A DNA stretch of 64,000 nt, from contig NC_091289.1 of assembly GCF_032444005.1 (NCBI RefSeq), forward strand, positions 156,178,001 through 156,242,000, written 5' to 3'. Below are positions 13,768 through 26,976 of the stretch, piece after piece. Each line of letters begins with the position of its first letter. Position 1 is the stretch's first letter. The DNA comes from Ranitomeya imitator. Its lineage: Eukaryota. Both the position numbers and the translations under genes were made by a program. The notes under the pieces were generated by a model that was not told where the DNA came from, ran no database searches, and worked only from the letters and a program-made list of their open reading frames with translations.

Positions 13768-14649
13768 TTATCACATATTGAGGCAGATGGAATGGACACA
13801 AAATTGATAATTGTGTGAGACTATAGGAAGGTCTACCTTCACGCAGAATTTTATAAATGCAGTTAAGCAACATTCTAAATCCTTTTCATTTGGGAATGCT
13901 TTAAAAGGTGAGCAGCGAAAAGAAAAGCCTAAGATACTAGATGGATGGAGTAAACCAAAAGTTAAAATGGGGTTTTCCAAAGGTGGGCAAACCTATCATT
14001 CTTGCTGCTGGAGTACGTGCACAAAATTGCTCTACCATGTACATATCTGCTCTGGGATACTTACACTGTAATATTTGCTAATGGCTGTCTAATGATAGGA
14101 TTTAGACGCTCTGGGCTCCAGGTTAAGCTGAACCAGCAGGAAGCATTGACTGTGTTGTGAAGTTACTGTGACGACGGTTTACACTGGGTGATTGTGACTC
14201 ACGTCTCTCACTTTCATCCAGGAGTCTTACTATTCAGGTGTAATCCTCTTTGTCGCGGTCAGAAATTGTTTATTTACCGAAGAAGAAAAGAAATTTTGAA
14301 TATTGCAGCTTTGCCAAAATTACAGAGAATAGATTTACTTTGCCAAGAATTTTATTTGACATTACGGTTAATAAGTGACAGAAAGCGGAACAAAGGCTAC
14401 GTTACGCTGAATTCCACAGATTGGAGTGCATTCCACCTAGGAAGAGATTTCACAAGGTGACATTTAATGGGATCCGTAGCGACAGCCACTAATAAAATCT
14501 TAATTAAAATGTATCCGTCTTTTTACACAAAACCTGTAGAAAATCATGTTCCTCTGTGACTTAATTCCACATCATAAGTTAAAACTTGGTCTGGTGTTGC
14601 AAGAAGGCAGGAGGTAAGGTCCTAGATGACAGGCAAGTGTTGCTGAGAC

Positions 14650-14850
14650 GGTTTTCATTTTGACCGGATTTTGGGTCCAGGATTTAGGAGCGACCAAAAG
14701 AGCCTGGGTGGGAAAGGTCGCTCCCATAATCCAATCCAGGTTGTTCTGGCCTAATAAAATATAAATGGCTAGAGAAAGACAGAGCTGGTGGATAGTCTGT
14801 GCTACATTCTGAGAGGCTCCTCTAATACCCAGTTGGTGAGACCATTTGAT
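14650..14850. repeat. Dispersed repeat, unclassified; inverted copy at ~56210-56410
   Basis: ggagcgaccaaaagagcctgggtgggaaaggtcgctcccata here is the reverse complement of tatgggagcaacctttcccacccaggctcttttggtcgctcc at ~56325-56365. Confidence 0.6.
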
Positions 14851-15269
14851 TTATTTTGACTTACCCAGAAAAAGGACTGTTTTGATGTTTATTTATGCTG
14901 AAGGAAGGCTGTTTCATTTTGGAGCTGTAAAGTTTATGAAGGACAGAAAACTTTATTTTGTATTGATATAAAACCCCTGTACCTGGGCATAGCTACCAGA
15001 GATCTGGATCCCCTACAGTGTACATAACAGTCTAACATGTCTGCAACACTGTTTCTGTTCTTAGGCTCTGAAACTTACTATTCTTTCTTTTTGAATAAAA
15101 AAATTATTTTCCTAAGTATAATGCCAGCACTACAAGAGATGGAACTTCCATTACACCATGCCTCTTTTTCCAGCATGCTTTAATACTGTCAATGTCAAAT
15201 AGCCTGCCATAAGCTTAGAGTCCGCCTCTCTGATAGGGCTATACACAGTTTGCCTCTCTGCTGTCTAAA

Positions 15270-15757
15270 GGTACCTTCACACATAACGATTTCATTAACG
15301 ATATCGTTGCAACGTCACGCTTTTTGTGACGTTGCAACGATCCCGCTAACGATCTCGTTATGTGTGACAGCGATCAACGATCAGGCCCCTGCTGGAAGAT
15401 CGTTGGTCGTGGGGAATGATCAGGACCTTTTTTTGGTCGCTGATCACCCGCTGTCATCGCTGGATCGGCGTGTGTGATGCCGATCTAGCGATGTGTTCAC
15501 TGGTAACCAGGGTAAATATCGGGTTACTAAGCGCGGCCCTGCACTTAGTAACCCGATGTTTACCCTGGTTACCAGGGGACTTCGGCATCGTTGAAGACAG
15601 TTTCAACGATGCCGAAGTCGTTCCCCTGATCGTTGGTCGCTGGAGAGAGCTGTCTGTGTGACAGCTCCCCAGCGACCACACAACGACTTACCAACAATCA
15701 CGGCCAGGTCGTATTGCTGGTCGTGATCGTTGGTAAGTTGTTTAGTGTAACGATACC
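15270..15757. mobile_element. PIF/Harbinger-type MITE
   Basis: Starts ggtaccttcacacataacgat and ends gtgtaacgatacc followed by tta; internally palindromic (gtaaccagggtaaa..tttaccctggttac). Confidence 0.75.
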
Positions 15758-16679
15758 TTAAGGTCCCAATTTTCTGTTGCCTGTCTCAGTGTCTGCTGCC
15801 AGTGACACACTACACTGGACAACAGACAGTGCACACAGATGGAAGACACCTAGCGGTTATCACTTTGGAGTAATGTATGTTTGTTTTTTAGACTGTGAAT
15901 CACAGCATAGATAGACAAATCACTTTATTTAAAAAATTATCCCAATTTCTATGAAATAAGATCAAAGTGGTTAAAAGTGCAGTTACCATTTAGGGGTCGC
16001 ATTGCTCTAAAATACTGTACCTGGAAAATCTGCTAACAGACCAAATAGTGTGTTTTGGCCACTACTTTTTGATTGTAGGCCTGATCGGTGTGGATGTGAC
16101 ACCCGGCTGTTACCGCTGCTGATCTGCTGTTACTTCTGGAAGTTCTCAGATGTTGCTGGAACACCGCAGCAAACTACTGTATAGTAGCCGCAGCTGAGTA
16201 CTACAGACCCATCTCCTATTCATTTGAATAGTCAGTGGATCTACAGTATCTGGCTGTGGCCACTATAGCAATGATGGATATACTGTGTTCCGGCAGCATC
16301 CGAGAACTTCCGGCCAGCTCCAGTAACAGCAGATCTGTGGGCGTGCCGGGTGTCACAACCAGTCCGATTGGATATTGACCGCCTATACTAAGGATCGGCC
16401 ATCAATAAAAAAAAAATAGTGGTCAATCTCTTTAAAGGGCCTTATCTTTCCTGCTGAGTCCAGTGATTGGCTGGAGCAGACAATAGAGATATACAGACTG
16501 ATGTTTGCAGGCAAGGTCCAGAGGGGACAATATAGAATAAAAGGGAGAGTATAAATGTAATTACTTTTTAGGTAGGTGCCTATGCCATTTTCATAGTCTG
16601 ACAGCTACTTGCAACTGGCCTCACACATTTGATTCATGTTGGCCAAATCTGCCATATTTACTGAGATTGACAAAGACTA

Positions 16680-16945
16680 TTATGTCTCCTTATGTGGGGC
16701 TGCATGCGAATTTCTGGGGTCGGGAGCTACATGTCATTGATGGTAACATGAATTCACAGATGTTCTGCCCTATAATGAAAGAGAATATGCCCCCATCACT
16801 CCGTGCCCTTGGTAGATGTACACAATGTACATGTGTAAATGTGATAACGATCTAAAACACACATCTGTTACATTTCTGGAGAAGGAGCGGGTGAAAGCGA
16901 TTCAGTGGCCAAGTGACTCCTGATCTGAACCCAACCGAAACACTT
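16680..16945 (+). pseudogene. Tc1 transposase fragment (catalytic domain)
   Basis: Degenerate LWGCM..ELHVIDGNMNSQMFC..SLRALGR..DND(L)KHTS..VKAIQWPS..PDLNP. Confidence 0.7.
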
Positions 16946-17351
16946 AACATGCTTTAAAAGTCAGCTGGGGCCAAGCCACACGTGAGACTAGTTGAAAAGT
17001 TTTCTCCTTGCCCACTGCCAATGACTGACAGGTCTTTCCCTATACACACAGAGAGAAAAATACATAACGACCATTAATGGAGTAATCTCAAGTTAAGAAG
17101 TGTGCAAGGCAATGAATGGTACAATAAAAAAAAAACAATTGTTGTTCGAACAAGCCCGATTTTCACCTATACAGTTTCGGTGTATTTGTATAGATACATA
17201 CTAAGGCAGTTTAGTGCAATTTATAATAATTAATGATCAAGTGAAGAGCAATTATTTATAAAACAATGTAATAATAGCAATTGTTGTGAAGAGCACTAAT
17301 TTAAAACTATATGATACAAATATAGTGTAAAATATATACTGAGGTAGTTAT

Positions 17352-17982
17352 AGTGATCCTGTGACCAGGTTTGGCCGATATGAGATATGGACACCACCTA
17401 TCAGCCCTGATATAAAGCATTTTATAAAGCTGTATACCTGCCCCAACCCGACCTGTAAGACAAGAAAAAGCTATTAATACACTCACCTACGGGCAGTCCG
17501 GTCCGAGGAGTATCGATGTTCTTAGTCTGGCACCTCCCTTCTTGTGACTCTGTTCTTCTTGCTTCATGTGGATGACGCCTCCTACATCATCATCACAATG
17601 GTCCTTCTCTATCCTGTTGAGGGCAGAGCAAAGTACTGCAGTGCGCATGTGGCGGGAAAGGTCAGAGGCCGAGCACCTGCGCACTGCAGTACTTTGCTCT
17701 GCCCTCAACAGGGCAGATAAAGTACGCCTGTGCAGCAGCCGCGGCAGGAAGAAAAGAAGAGGACGTCATCGTATGAAGATGGGAGACGCCAGACCCGGAC
17801 CCGCGACGCCCATCGGACCCGAACCAAACCGGGATCGCCCATGAGTGAGTAAAATCTAACTCATTTTTCTCATCTTTCAGGGTACATTGGGGGCTTATCT
17901 ACAGCATTACAGAATGCTGTAGTTAAGCCCCTGATGCCGGTGGCCGCAGCTCATTCTCGAATTTTGGGGTGACAGGTTCCCT
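17352..17982. mobile_element. T2/Kolobok-type MITE (family of 4059-4651)
   Basis: Right end ggtgacaggttccct followed by TTAA; left end decayed; internal cagtactttgc..gcaaagtac repeats are shared with the 4 kb copy. Confidence 0.65.
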
Positions 17983-19220
17983 TTAAAGTTTTAACAAATT
18001 AGTTTTTACCTAAAACGAAATCCAGCTGCATATCCTTTATCTTCCCTATATATTTTAATAAAAATGGTGAATTCTAGGTGACTATTGTGAACCCAAATGT
18101 ATTAATGACGGGTTAAGGAACAGCAAATACAATGCCATGGAGCACTATGGTTTGTGCTTGTCCTATCAATAATGAATAAATATTACTATTTTTTTGTATT
18201 GAAGAAGTTCAAGAAAATCCCAATGGAGCCATTTGCAAAACCTCGCAGCCTGGTTAGAGACGCTCCACGCAGTGGCATTTAAATGCCGTATTTGATAAGA
18301 TGTCAGATGAAGACTTGACAGATCTTATTTGAAGGTTTAACAGAGACTTGTGTTTGCTGTCCAATTTATTAACACCAGGAGGATGCGGGGAAAACAGAGG
18401 AACGATTAGACTCAGTCTTATTTGCTACTGCTGCATATATAACGCTGAGGTTACAGAACAGAAAGGTGTCACTGAGCGAACACAAAATATATTGTCACAT
18501 AAATGTATCACGTCTCTGTCCGTCTTCCCTGAATTACTTTAATTTGCATTTATAACATCTGAATAAAGTCCTAATTTCCATGCGGGTGATCGGTACTCCT
18601 TCCACTTTAGTCATATACTTCCTCTTGTAATGTTTCCCTATAAATGATATTTCGGTGCTGAAGACGGGCACAACCATGACGGTTCCTTGAAGGTGATGAC
18701 ATACACAAATCAGCCAAAACTTTAAAAGCACGCGTTTACTCAAGAACACTGAATATAATGATCTTGTTACAATGGCACAAGTCAAGGGATGGGGTGTAGT
18801 CAGTAAGCAAAAAATTCTTGGCACGGGCATAACGATCACGGTTTCAGAGATTGCGACCATAATCAACATGGCTCATCAGAAGAACTACAATAAATTTCTA
18901 ATTGGAGCTATTTGCTAATATTATTACACCTACTATGCATTGGGATAGGATCTTGGAGACGGGAATACCCCTTTCATTGAAAGGGAGCAATATTTAAGGA
19001 TCTGTCATCTCTGATTTCAGACTGCTGATCCTTCTGTTCTTCCGGAGATAAGTCTTCGTCAGGGCACCAAAGTGTTCTGGCAACAGCCCTTTCTTTGAGA
19101 GCATAGGAGCTTGTCCAAATGGGAGTCGGGTGAGATAGTTGGTGAGTGAAGCATTGGTCAGCTGACAGCCAAGGAGTTGATAGTATTTGAATGTCTGTAG
19201 TCTAAAAAGTCTCTCCTGAC

Positions 19221-19756
19221 TGTGTCAGTTCCACCCCTCAGTGTGTCTGGGATGCGGTTACTGACAGCTCGGCTGTCCAATCTAGTATAGGGGTGTGCTG
19301 AAGCTGTCGTTACTTTGACTGACAGCTTGGCCATCCAATCTGTTACAGGGGCGTGCTGAGCTGTCAGTGTGTGGATTGACAGCTCAACTATATAATCTGA
19401 GACTATGAGGCGTTGGCTGTCTCCATGTGTTCATTATTCCAGATAATTGCCATGCTTCTTAACTGAGCTGTCTCCCAGAACTCTGCCAGACGTACACTCA
19501 GCTTGTGAGGTTTGTGCTCCTGCGCCTTGAGTTATGTATGCTTGATCTGCTACTTGACCTCGGACTTCATTCTGACCATCCACCTGTTTAACCCCTTTAG
19601 CTCTGATCCGTTATCCTCCTTGTACTCTGACCTCGGAATGTTACCTTACGTTTTTGCCTCTTCCTTCTGTTTACGATGTACCCTCCTAGCTTCTGACCTT
19701 GGACTCCTTGACCACTCTGTCTCACGGTTTGGCCGTGGGAAGTGGCTAGCGTCACA
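19221..19756 (+). mobile_element. Solo-LTR-like element
   Basis: TG...CA termini (tgtgtcag...gcgtcaca) with 5-bp direct repeat ctgac at 19216-19220 and 19757-19761; similar layout to 54503-54941. Strand is inferred. Confidence 0.55.
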
Positions 19757-21626
19757 CTGACAAGGGGCTATCTCCCAAAAAAGTCAAAGCTCTGCCATTA
19801 TCTATATCCTGGAGGCCCCGGTTATGTCTGGTAAATCATTTCAGTCCCTTTCTCCAGTGAATTGGGCTAAACTGCAATACCAAACCCAGCCCATGAACAA
19901 AAGTGGTGCTGTTTTTAGAAAACAAGGCAGATTTTATTTTCTTTTTTACTTTTATGTCAACATGCAAAGTGTGGGATTCCACATGTACTGTATATTTTTA
20001 ATAAGAATTGCATGTTTGTCATTTACAAATAAACGCAGTTGCATTATAGCAGTCATTCCTAAATGCTACACAATATATTTCTTTGCGTTATATTATTTAT
20101 TCTCTTGGAGCCGAACCTAAATTCTAAGATCAATATAAACTGTAATTTACGGAACAAACTTCCTATCACAATGGTTGTAGCGAGCATTGAGTCACAGCAA
20201 AGCAGCCATAAACCGGCTATTAGACCAGGAAAATGAGAATAATGCTCCATAGCCAAGAGCAGCTGCTGATGGTGTAATGGTCAAGGATTGTGGACCGTTA
20301 TACCCACAGTGCGGCAACAAAGTGTACAATAAAGCAACAGGAACTGCAAAACTAAAATGATAAATGTGAGGGGAGAAAATGGCTGGATCAGACATGGAGC
20401 ACATATTTTACACAATAACCGACAACTAGAACTTGTGCCCAGACCTAGTTATGGCCACTTTACTCTACCTGAAGCACACTTGGTCATCAAGCATCCTTTT
20501 CAAAACAATGACCCTTACGGGGGTCCCACAGAAAAGTGACATAATGTATAAACCAGGAACAGGGTACAACAAATACATAAGTCAATAATTTAATAGTGGC
20601 TTCAGGGAGAAAATGAAGTGTTATTCTCCCTGCAGCTGCTCATTTGCAGTAATCAAGGCAAGACGCTGTAACATTCACCGTGCTTTGTTTACGCCTTCTG
20701 CACCTTGACCGCCAGCCTGAACTGCAGACGCTCACTGCAGAAAAGGCTGTCAGTCAGGGCATCGGAGGAGTGACCAAAGTTCGGTGACGGTGTAGTGAGA
20801 ACCAACTGTTTCGGCTTCTTGCACTGCACTGACGAATGGAAGTGAGCAGCTGCAGGGAGAAAATAACTTCATTTTCCCGCTGTAGTCGCACCTCCAGTTA
20901 AGCTGTGTTCACACAAAGCGTAACTTTACTGCAGAAAAGATGTTTTACAGAACCAGGAAAAACAATAAGATTTCAGAAATCTCACACATGCCTTATTGAA
21001 ATGTTTTTTTTTTTCGCCCATAGAAAGCAATGTGAAAGTGAAAACAATGCAGTAAACACGTTTTGTTATGTTTTTGCACCATTTTTTTTTACTGCTGTAA
21101 ACTTGCACTGTAGACAAAACACCCATGTAATCCACTCCCCCCAAAAATTGCAAAAATGCAACAAAACAAAAAAAAAAAGCTGTAAGAAACTACATTTTGG
21201 AAGCAGTGTTTTTACTGCCAAGAAAGTAGCTTTTGAGTGTAGAAAGAAATGCTGCTAGGCTATGTTCACACATTGCATTTTTGCAACATTTTCTTTTCCA
21301 GCAGCCTAATCCTGCTCTCTTGGCGGTAAAAATGTTTTTTTTTTGGTGCAGAATACTAGTGTAATTTGACTGACAGTACATGTTTAGAAACGTTAGTTTT
21401 ATTGACCAAAAATCTTGCAAAATGCTGCAAAAACGCTCTACTGCATTTTTGAACTTTTTCATTGCTTTCTATGGGTGAAAAAACAGAAAGAAGGGACATG
21501 CTGCAGATTTAGAAAACACTGGTTTTCCAATTCATTAAGAAAAAAATATGCGTGTACATGAGATTTATGAACTTTCATTGCTTTTGATGGTACTGTAAAA
21601 ACAAAAAAAAATGAGCTTGGGTTTAA

Positions 21627-21692
21627 GTGCTTCTCAAAAATTAGAATGAAAAGGTTAATTTATTTCAGTTCTTCAATACAAAAAGTGACTCA

Positions 21693-21730
<38 letters not shown>

Positions 21731-21858
21731 TATTCACGTGTTTATTTCTGTTAATGTTGATGATTATGGCTTACAGTCAATGAAAACACAAAAGTCATTA
21801 TCTCAGTAAATTAGAATACTTTATAACACCGGCTTGAAAAATGATTTTAAAATCTGAA
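21627..21858. mobile_element. Isolated TIR fragment of the Tc1 family seen at 51315-52914, containing a (TA)n tract
   Basis: gtgcttctca..attagaat..ttaatttatttcag..ttcacgtgtttatttctgttaatgttga..attatctcagtaaattagaatactttataaca matches 51318-51550; (TA)n at ~21699-21725. Confidence 0.75.
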
Positions 21859-22257
21859 AAAAGCCAAGGGAAAATGTTGTGCTTCATGTATACCAACTTA
21901 TCTCAAGCTTTTTTTTTTTTTTATGTATTTTGTGCAAGTCATGGCGTGGCCTCCCTTCAATGAGCTGGATATTACAATTAAATAGTTTCCCATGGCCGGT
22001 GTCCTCAGTTTGAGACCTGGTCCTTTGTCTGCTCTTATGCACACTGAGGTGAACTCTGACACATGATGAGGTTTTTAATATTAGACGGTATAGGAGCATC
22101 CTGAATGGGGTCACCTTGCCCCGGTGGGAAGGCTTTTATGCTTTTTTTTTTTTTTTTTAATCAAAAACAGTATTACTAAGAACCCTGTTATTTAAATGCA
22201 CTTTTGCTTTTTTTACATATTTAGCTACAGCAGGGCTTATGTTCATTTAGTTTCTTA

Positions 22258-22677
22258 GGCTACTTTCACACTAGCGTTAACTGCAATCCGCCGCAATGCG
22301 TCGTTTTGCAGAAAAAACGCATCCTGCAAAAGTGCTTGCAGGATGAGTTTTTTCCCCATAGACTTGTATTGATGACGCATTTGCGACGGATTGCCACACG
22401 ACGGATGCGACGTGCGACGGATCCGTCGTGCTTTGGCGGACCGTCGGGAGCAAAAAACGCTACATGTAACTTTTTTACTCCTGACGGACCGCTTTTTCCG
22501 ACCGCGCATGCGCGGCCGGAACTCCGCCCCCACCTCCCCGCACCTCACAATGGGGCAGCGGATGCGCCGGAGAAATGCATCCGCTGCCTCTGTTGTGCAG
22601 TGCGTTAAACGCTAGCGTCGGAATCTCTGCCCGACGCATTGCGACGGGGAGATTCCGACGCTAGTGTGAAAGTAGCC
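22258..22677. mobile_element. PIF/Harbinger-type MITE
   Basis: TTA TSD on both sides; TIR ggctactttcacactagcgt / acgctagtgtgaaagtagcc; CpG-rich interior suggests a young copy. Confidence 0.85.
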
Positions 22678-23703
22678 TTATAGGTTGTGTGATACTGTAA
22701 AAAGCAACATTTATATAAAAAAAAAAAATAGTAAAATGAAACGTGTGAACAACCCTTTTAAATATATAAGCAATTTCCTAATCCTTCTCATGTAGTCGGA
22801 TAATGAAACAACATAATACAGGGATATTTAACAATTCAAAATGAAATCCGAAATTAGAACTTGCAGAGGAGCACATTAAACATTTATTTGTTTTTTTTAC
22901 TTTTTTTTTTTTTGTCTAAGAAAATCATTTTAAAATCTTCGGCTGGAGATTTCTTGTGTTTTATTAATTTCCCATTCTTTCGGCTGATTGCACCCGTCCA
23001 GGACATGTTCAGCACCTGTACGTTCATTGCATCCTTTATACATTTTCTCAATGTTTCGCCTTATACATAATTTAACCCTAGCTGCCAGCCTCTGAAAGGA
23101 TTTTTTAGAGGGACATCTTTTCATTGATTCTTTAAAGGGGTTGTCTACTTTTTTTTTTTTCCTTTAATGCATGTATTTTTAGCTAAAAATCATTTTTGTA
23201 TAGATTTAAACTTATACAGTGTTTACCTTCTATACCTGCTGTGCTGTCCACTCAGAATGAGTTAAGTAGGACTGTCAGTGAGCTCGTTCACAGGGTCCAA
23301 AAGGAGGGTTTCTAACTCCTTACCTTATGGGTTAGCGCACATCTGCGTATTAATAAGCAGAGTGCAATGCGATAAGATTAAAAAAAAAAAAAAAAAAAAA
23401 AAAAATTTCGCCCTGCACTCACACCAATGTTAATCAATGAGTCGGTGCTGATCTGTGACTTTTTCCCTCATCTGCTGTTGGGTTGAGGAAAAATGTCGCA
23501 GCCTGATCTGAGCACATTCGCTCGTCATCACTAATGGAATTCTCCACTGTAGATGTAGCAGTGCTCAGAATGTGCTAAAACCACCGATTTTATAGAAATA
23601 ACAAGCAGCCCAGTAAGTGACATATTTCTGGAATCCGATTCTCTGCCGCTTCACCATGCTGCTTTCGGATTACATAGTAAAAACGTGCTGACATTCACTT
23701 TAA

Positions 23704-23899
23704 GGCCGGAGTCACACATGCGAGAAACACATCCGTGTCTCGCATGTGAACAGCAAGCTCTGGCGCCAGCACTTCGGAGCGGAGCGTGCGGCTCCATGTG
23801 TTTCTATGCGGTCGCACGCTCCGCTCCGAAGTGCCGGCGCCAGAGCTTGCTGTTCACATGCGAGACACGGACGTGTTTCTCGCATGTGTGACTCCGGCC
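23704..23899. mobile_element. PIF/Harbinger-type palindromic MITE
   Basis: TAA TSD on both sides; near-perfect 196-bp palindrome ggccggagtcacacatgcgag...ctcgcatgtgtgactccggcc. Confidence 0.9.
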
Positions 23900-24767
23900 T
23901 AATTCTAATAGCACATGTGCATGATACTTACCGCTGGCAAGGGCTTAGAGGGAACCTTCCCAATGTTGGAATTAAGTGGTAGTAAATGTAATAAGGAACA
24001 CTATTGGGGGATAGTAATCCAAATAAATCTGAAATATGTCAATTGGGAAACCTACATGCTGTTAGAATTGAGCTAGAAATGAGGCATCGACCGTAGTATA
24101 GTCTTGCTAGCTTATAAATAGCTGGAAATAAATGCATTTCCGCCTTAAAAGGTATAAGAAAAAATTGCTGATACAGTAATAAATTATACACAAATTTCCA
24201 AAAACAAAAGAACATTTAGTTGGTTTACTTGTGCACTATTTCATCCCCCTCTTCGATTTTAGCCAGATTTGCTGGGCATTTAATTTAGTATATCTCCCCC
24301 AATGGACTGTAAATGAAGCACTGGGTTCAGGATGACTTATTCCGCAGTCAAACATTGTGACATTTTTCTGCCTCTTCGTATAATGCTTCTAAACCTGAAT
24401 CACTTGTTATGTTTCGCTTACATGCTCGATGAGCCCGATTCATTAGACTCATATTACTGTGTACGGACGCATAATTCAGCTGGCGGGAAAAGGGTAATAA
24501 AGGGTCTTCTGTCGGCCACTCGGGCTCCCAGAAAAAATAAAAATTTTGTAGTTTTTCACATTTGACACTAAACTAGTATTAGGGGGCTTCAGGTATAGGG
24601 TCAAAGGAGATGTTTATAGCAACCAGACGGCTCATTTTGTATTATTTTTTTTTCTTGAGGCCAAAACCAGACACATCTCTAAATTAAAACTCAAACATTG
24701 AATATGATTTACAATAAAATGTGGAGAAACATTACAATCCTGATTCTTTCCCCTTTCTCACATTTAA

Positions 24768-25097
24768 AGGGACACTGTCACCTGAATTTGGAGGGAACAA
24801 TCTTCAGCCATGGAGGCGGGGTTTTGGGGTTTCTGATTCACCCTTTCCTTACCCGCTGGCTGCAATATTGGATTGAAGTTCATTCTCTGTCCTCCGTAGT
24901 ACACGCCCATAGTACACGCCTGCGCAAGGCAAGATTGCCTTGCGCAGGCGTGTACTACGGAGGACAGAGAATGAACTTCAATCCAATATTGCAGCCAGCA
25001 TTCAGCTAGCGGGTAAGGAAAGGGTGAATCAAACACCCGAAAACCCCGCCTCTATGGCTGAAGATTGTTCCCTCCAAATTCAGGTGACAGTGTCCCT
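24768..25097. mobile_element. T2/Kolobok-type palindromic MITE
   Basis: TTAA TSD (24764-24767, 25098-25101); long TIR agggacactgtcacctgaatttggagggaacaatcttcagcc and its reverse complement. Confidence 0.9.
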
Positions 25098-26724
25098 TTA
25101 AAGCTAAATTCAGAATCTTGATGATCTCCGACTAACCAGCGCAATGCGGGAGCTCACGACATTGAAGACTCGTGCAAAGTTTCTGCAGTCATTCTATGTG
25201 ATTGCCTCAGACACGGTCATGGTGGCCTTCTGCTGCCAGCTTCTGTGGCCGTCACCTGACCAAAAATATGGTGGTCTTTTCATATCATCATATCATGTGC
25301 CAACTAACTTCTCATTTTCGTCTCTCATTAGACCATTGAAAAAAATCCGGCAATGCGAAAAAGATGCCATTATGCAAATCACATACTTCTGGTTAGAGAA
25401 GCACTCCTGGCATCAAAATGTTTATCCACTTAATATATTGCAGTCATCACATTATACAGCACTGTGTACTTACAATTGCTCATTTTCCTTTCTACCCAGC
25501 TAATTCTTCTCTTTTCCATTAGGTCTATGACATCACGTGAATAAATATGGATTATCTGAATTCTTCTAAGCTCTATGTAGAAACAGGAGGTCTAAATTTC
25601 CTGCATGAGTCATCACTGCAAAGTCTCTGGCAGGAGAGTACAGTGGGGCAGCCGAGCCAGGAGTTGAAAAGGGTGATAACTCATCTAAGGAAAAGAGACC
25701 TTTTTCAGAGATGGAGCTACGTGATGGATTTTTTTTGTGGACAAGACATTATTTCTATTGATACCATTTTGGGTGTTTTGAATCCCTTATTACAGCACTT
25801 TTTGTGGAATTGCATTGGCCACAAAAATGTAATTTTGGCATATAATGACACCAGTGTAGCCTCCAGAACAAACCACTTATTGCTGAATGTGTTACAGCAG
25901 AACTTATGCTGAGATTTATAGTTCTAGTAGTACCACAGCTCTGCTACTCACCGGAGCTGTCACTCCAGGAGGAGATCCCGCCCTGTCAGGAACCAGGAGG
26001 TAAGGAAAGTAAGGAGACTGTATAGCTCTGAACAGCTCAAGAGACAACTTGAGAAACCCCTTTAATGAATTTGGAACATCTTCTTTAATTTGATGAATCA
26101 GGGCATATAAGTTTTTATCAGGCTCATGACATTCTACTCAGAAGTCCTCTTTGCTAATTTTTCTGTTCTCTGCATCTTGGAAAATCTGAAATAATCACGT
26201 GGTTCTGAGCTAAAAACAAGTGTCAGGTAATTAACTGCTCTGATAAAGGACTTTATCTGTATAACTTGATAATATGACTTGTATCTAGAACTTTTACAGT
26301 AATTTATTGAAAAGATCTTTGAGCTAAAAAAAGAAAAAAAAAGAAAAAATTTCAAAAATCAGCATTTGTCAGTGGTTTGGAATAAGTCACGCTGACATTG
26401 CTTCTTCTTTCTCCCTGTACTATAATCTCATAGAAATTATCAGTCTCCATCACAAATGTATTATATAATCTTGTTTGTAACCATCATGTCGCCCATTGTA
26501 AACCGAAGTACAGGTCAATACAAAAAAACAAAAATTCAGAAGACACATTGTATTAAACATTAATTAAAAGTTTTTCTTTTTTACATTTATATTTAAAACA
26601 ATTACTAAAATACAAAACAAGTTGAAGAATACACATAATAGGTGATGTACACTGCCCCATCCAAGAGGCTTTCATGCATATAAAAGTCTCGGCAGCCGAA
26701 CATTTGATCCATGATTAAACAGGG

Positions 26725-26730
26725 TTTATT
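26725..26730 (-). promoter_or_regulatory. Candidate SNX7 polyadenylation signal
   Basis: AATAAA on the minus strand ~170 nt after the stop codon; motif only, usage unknown. Confidence 0.3.
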
Positions 26731-26898
26731 TTGGCGCCTGGAAGACTAGGACAGAATAGGCTTTGGCAGCGCTTCGTTGGCGTCGTTGATGCTTTCTTTG
26801 TGTGCCGTCTCCATTTGGTCCTTATTGGAGTAAGGTCACTTCATTGGTCATTTGGACCCTTCTGTAGAATATAACATATGCTGCTTGTTCAGGATATT

Positions 26899-26976
26899 TC
26901 AGGACCCATCCTCTTGTGCATCAAACTGATCATCGTATGACTGAGATGAAAGGAAGGTTTCCCATGTGGCTAGGCA
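26899..26976 (-). CDS. SNX7: Sorting nexin 7, last coding exon (CLATWETFLSSQSYDDQFDAQEDGS*)
   Basis: Acceptor ttcctgcAG|TGC, phase 0, TGA at 26899-26901. CLATWE matches the SNX7 C-terminus as I recall it (SNX30 differs). It joins in frame to exon 50559-50711. Confidence 0.93.
   Translation of the reverse strand, partial: CLATWETFLSSQSYDDQFDAQEDGS

Noticed and set aside
1-26500. Exons of a neighbouring gene (e.g. PLPPR5, expected from mammalian synteny as I recall it)
   Set aside because: No matching peptide was found in the ORF track or by eye; short exons could have been missed.
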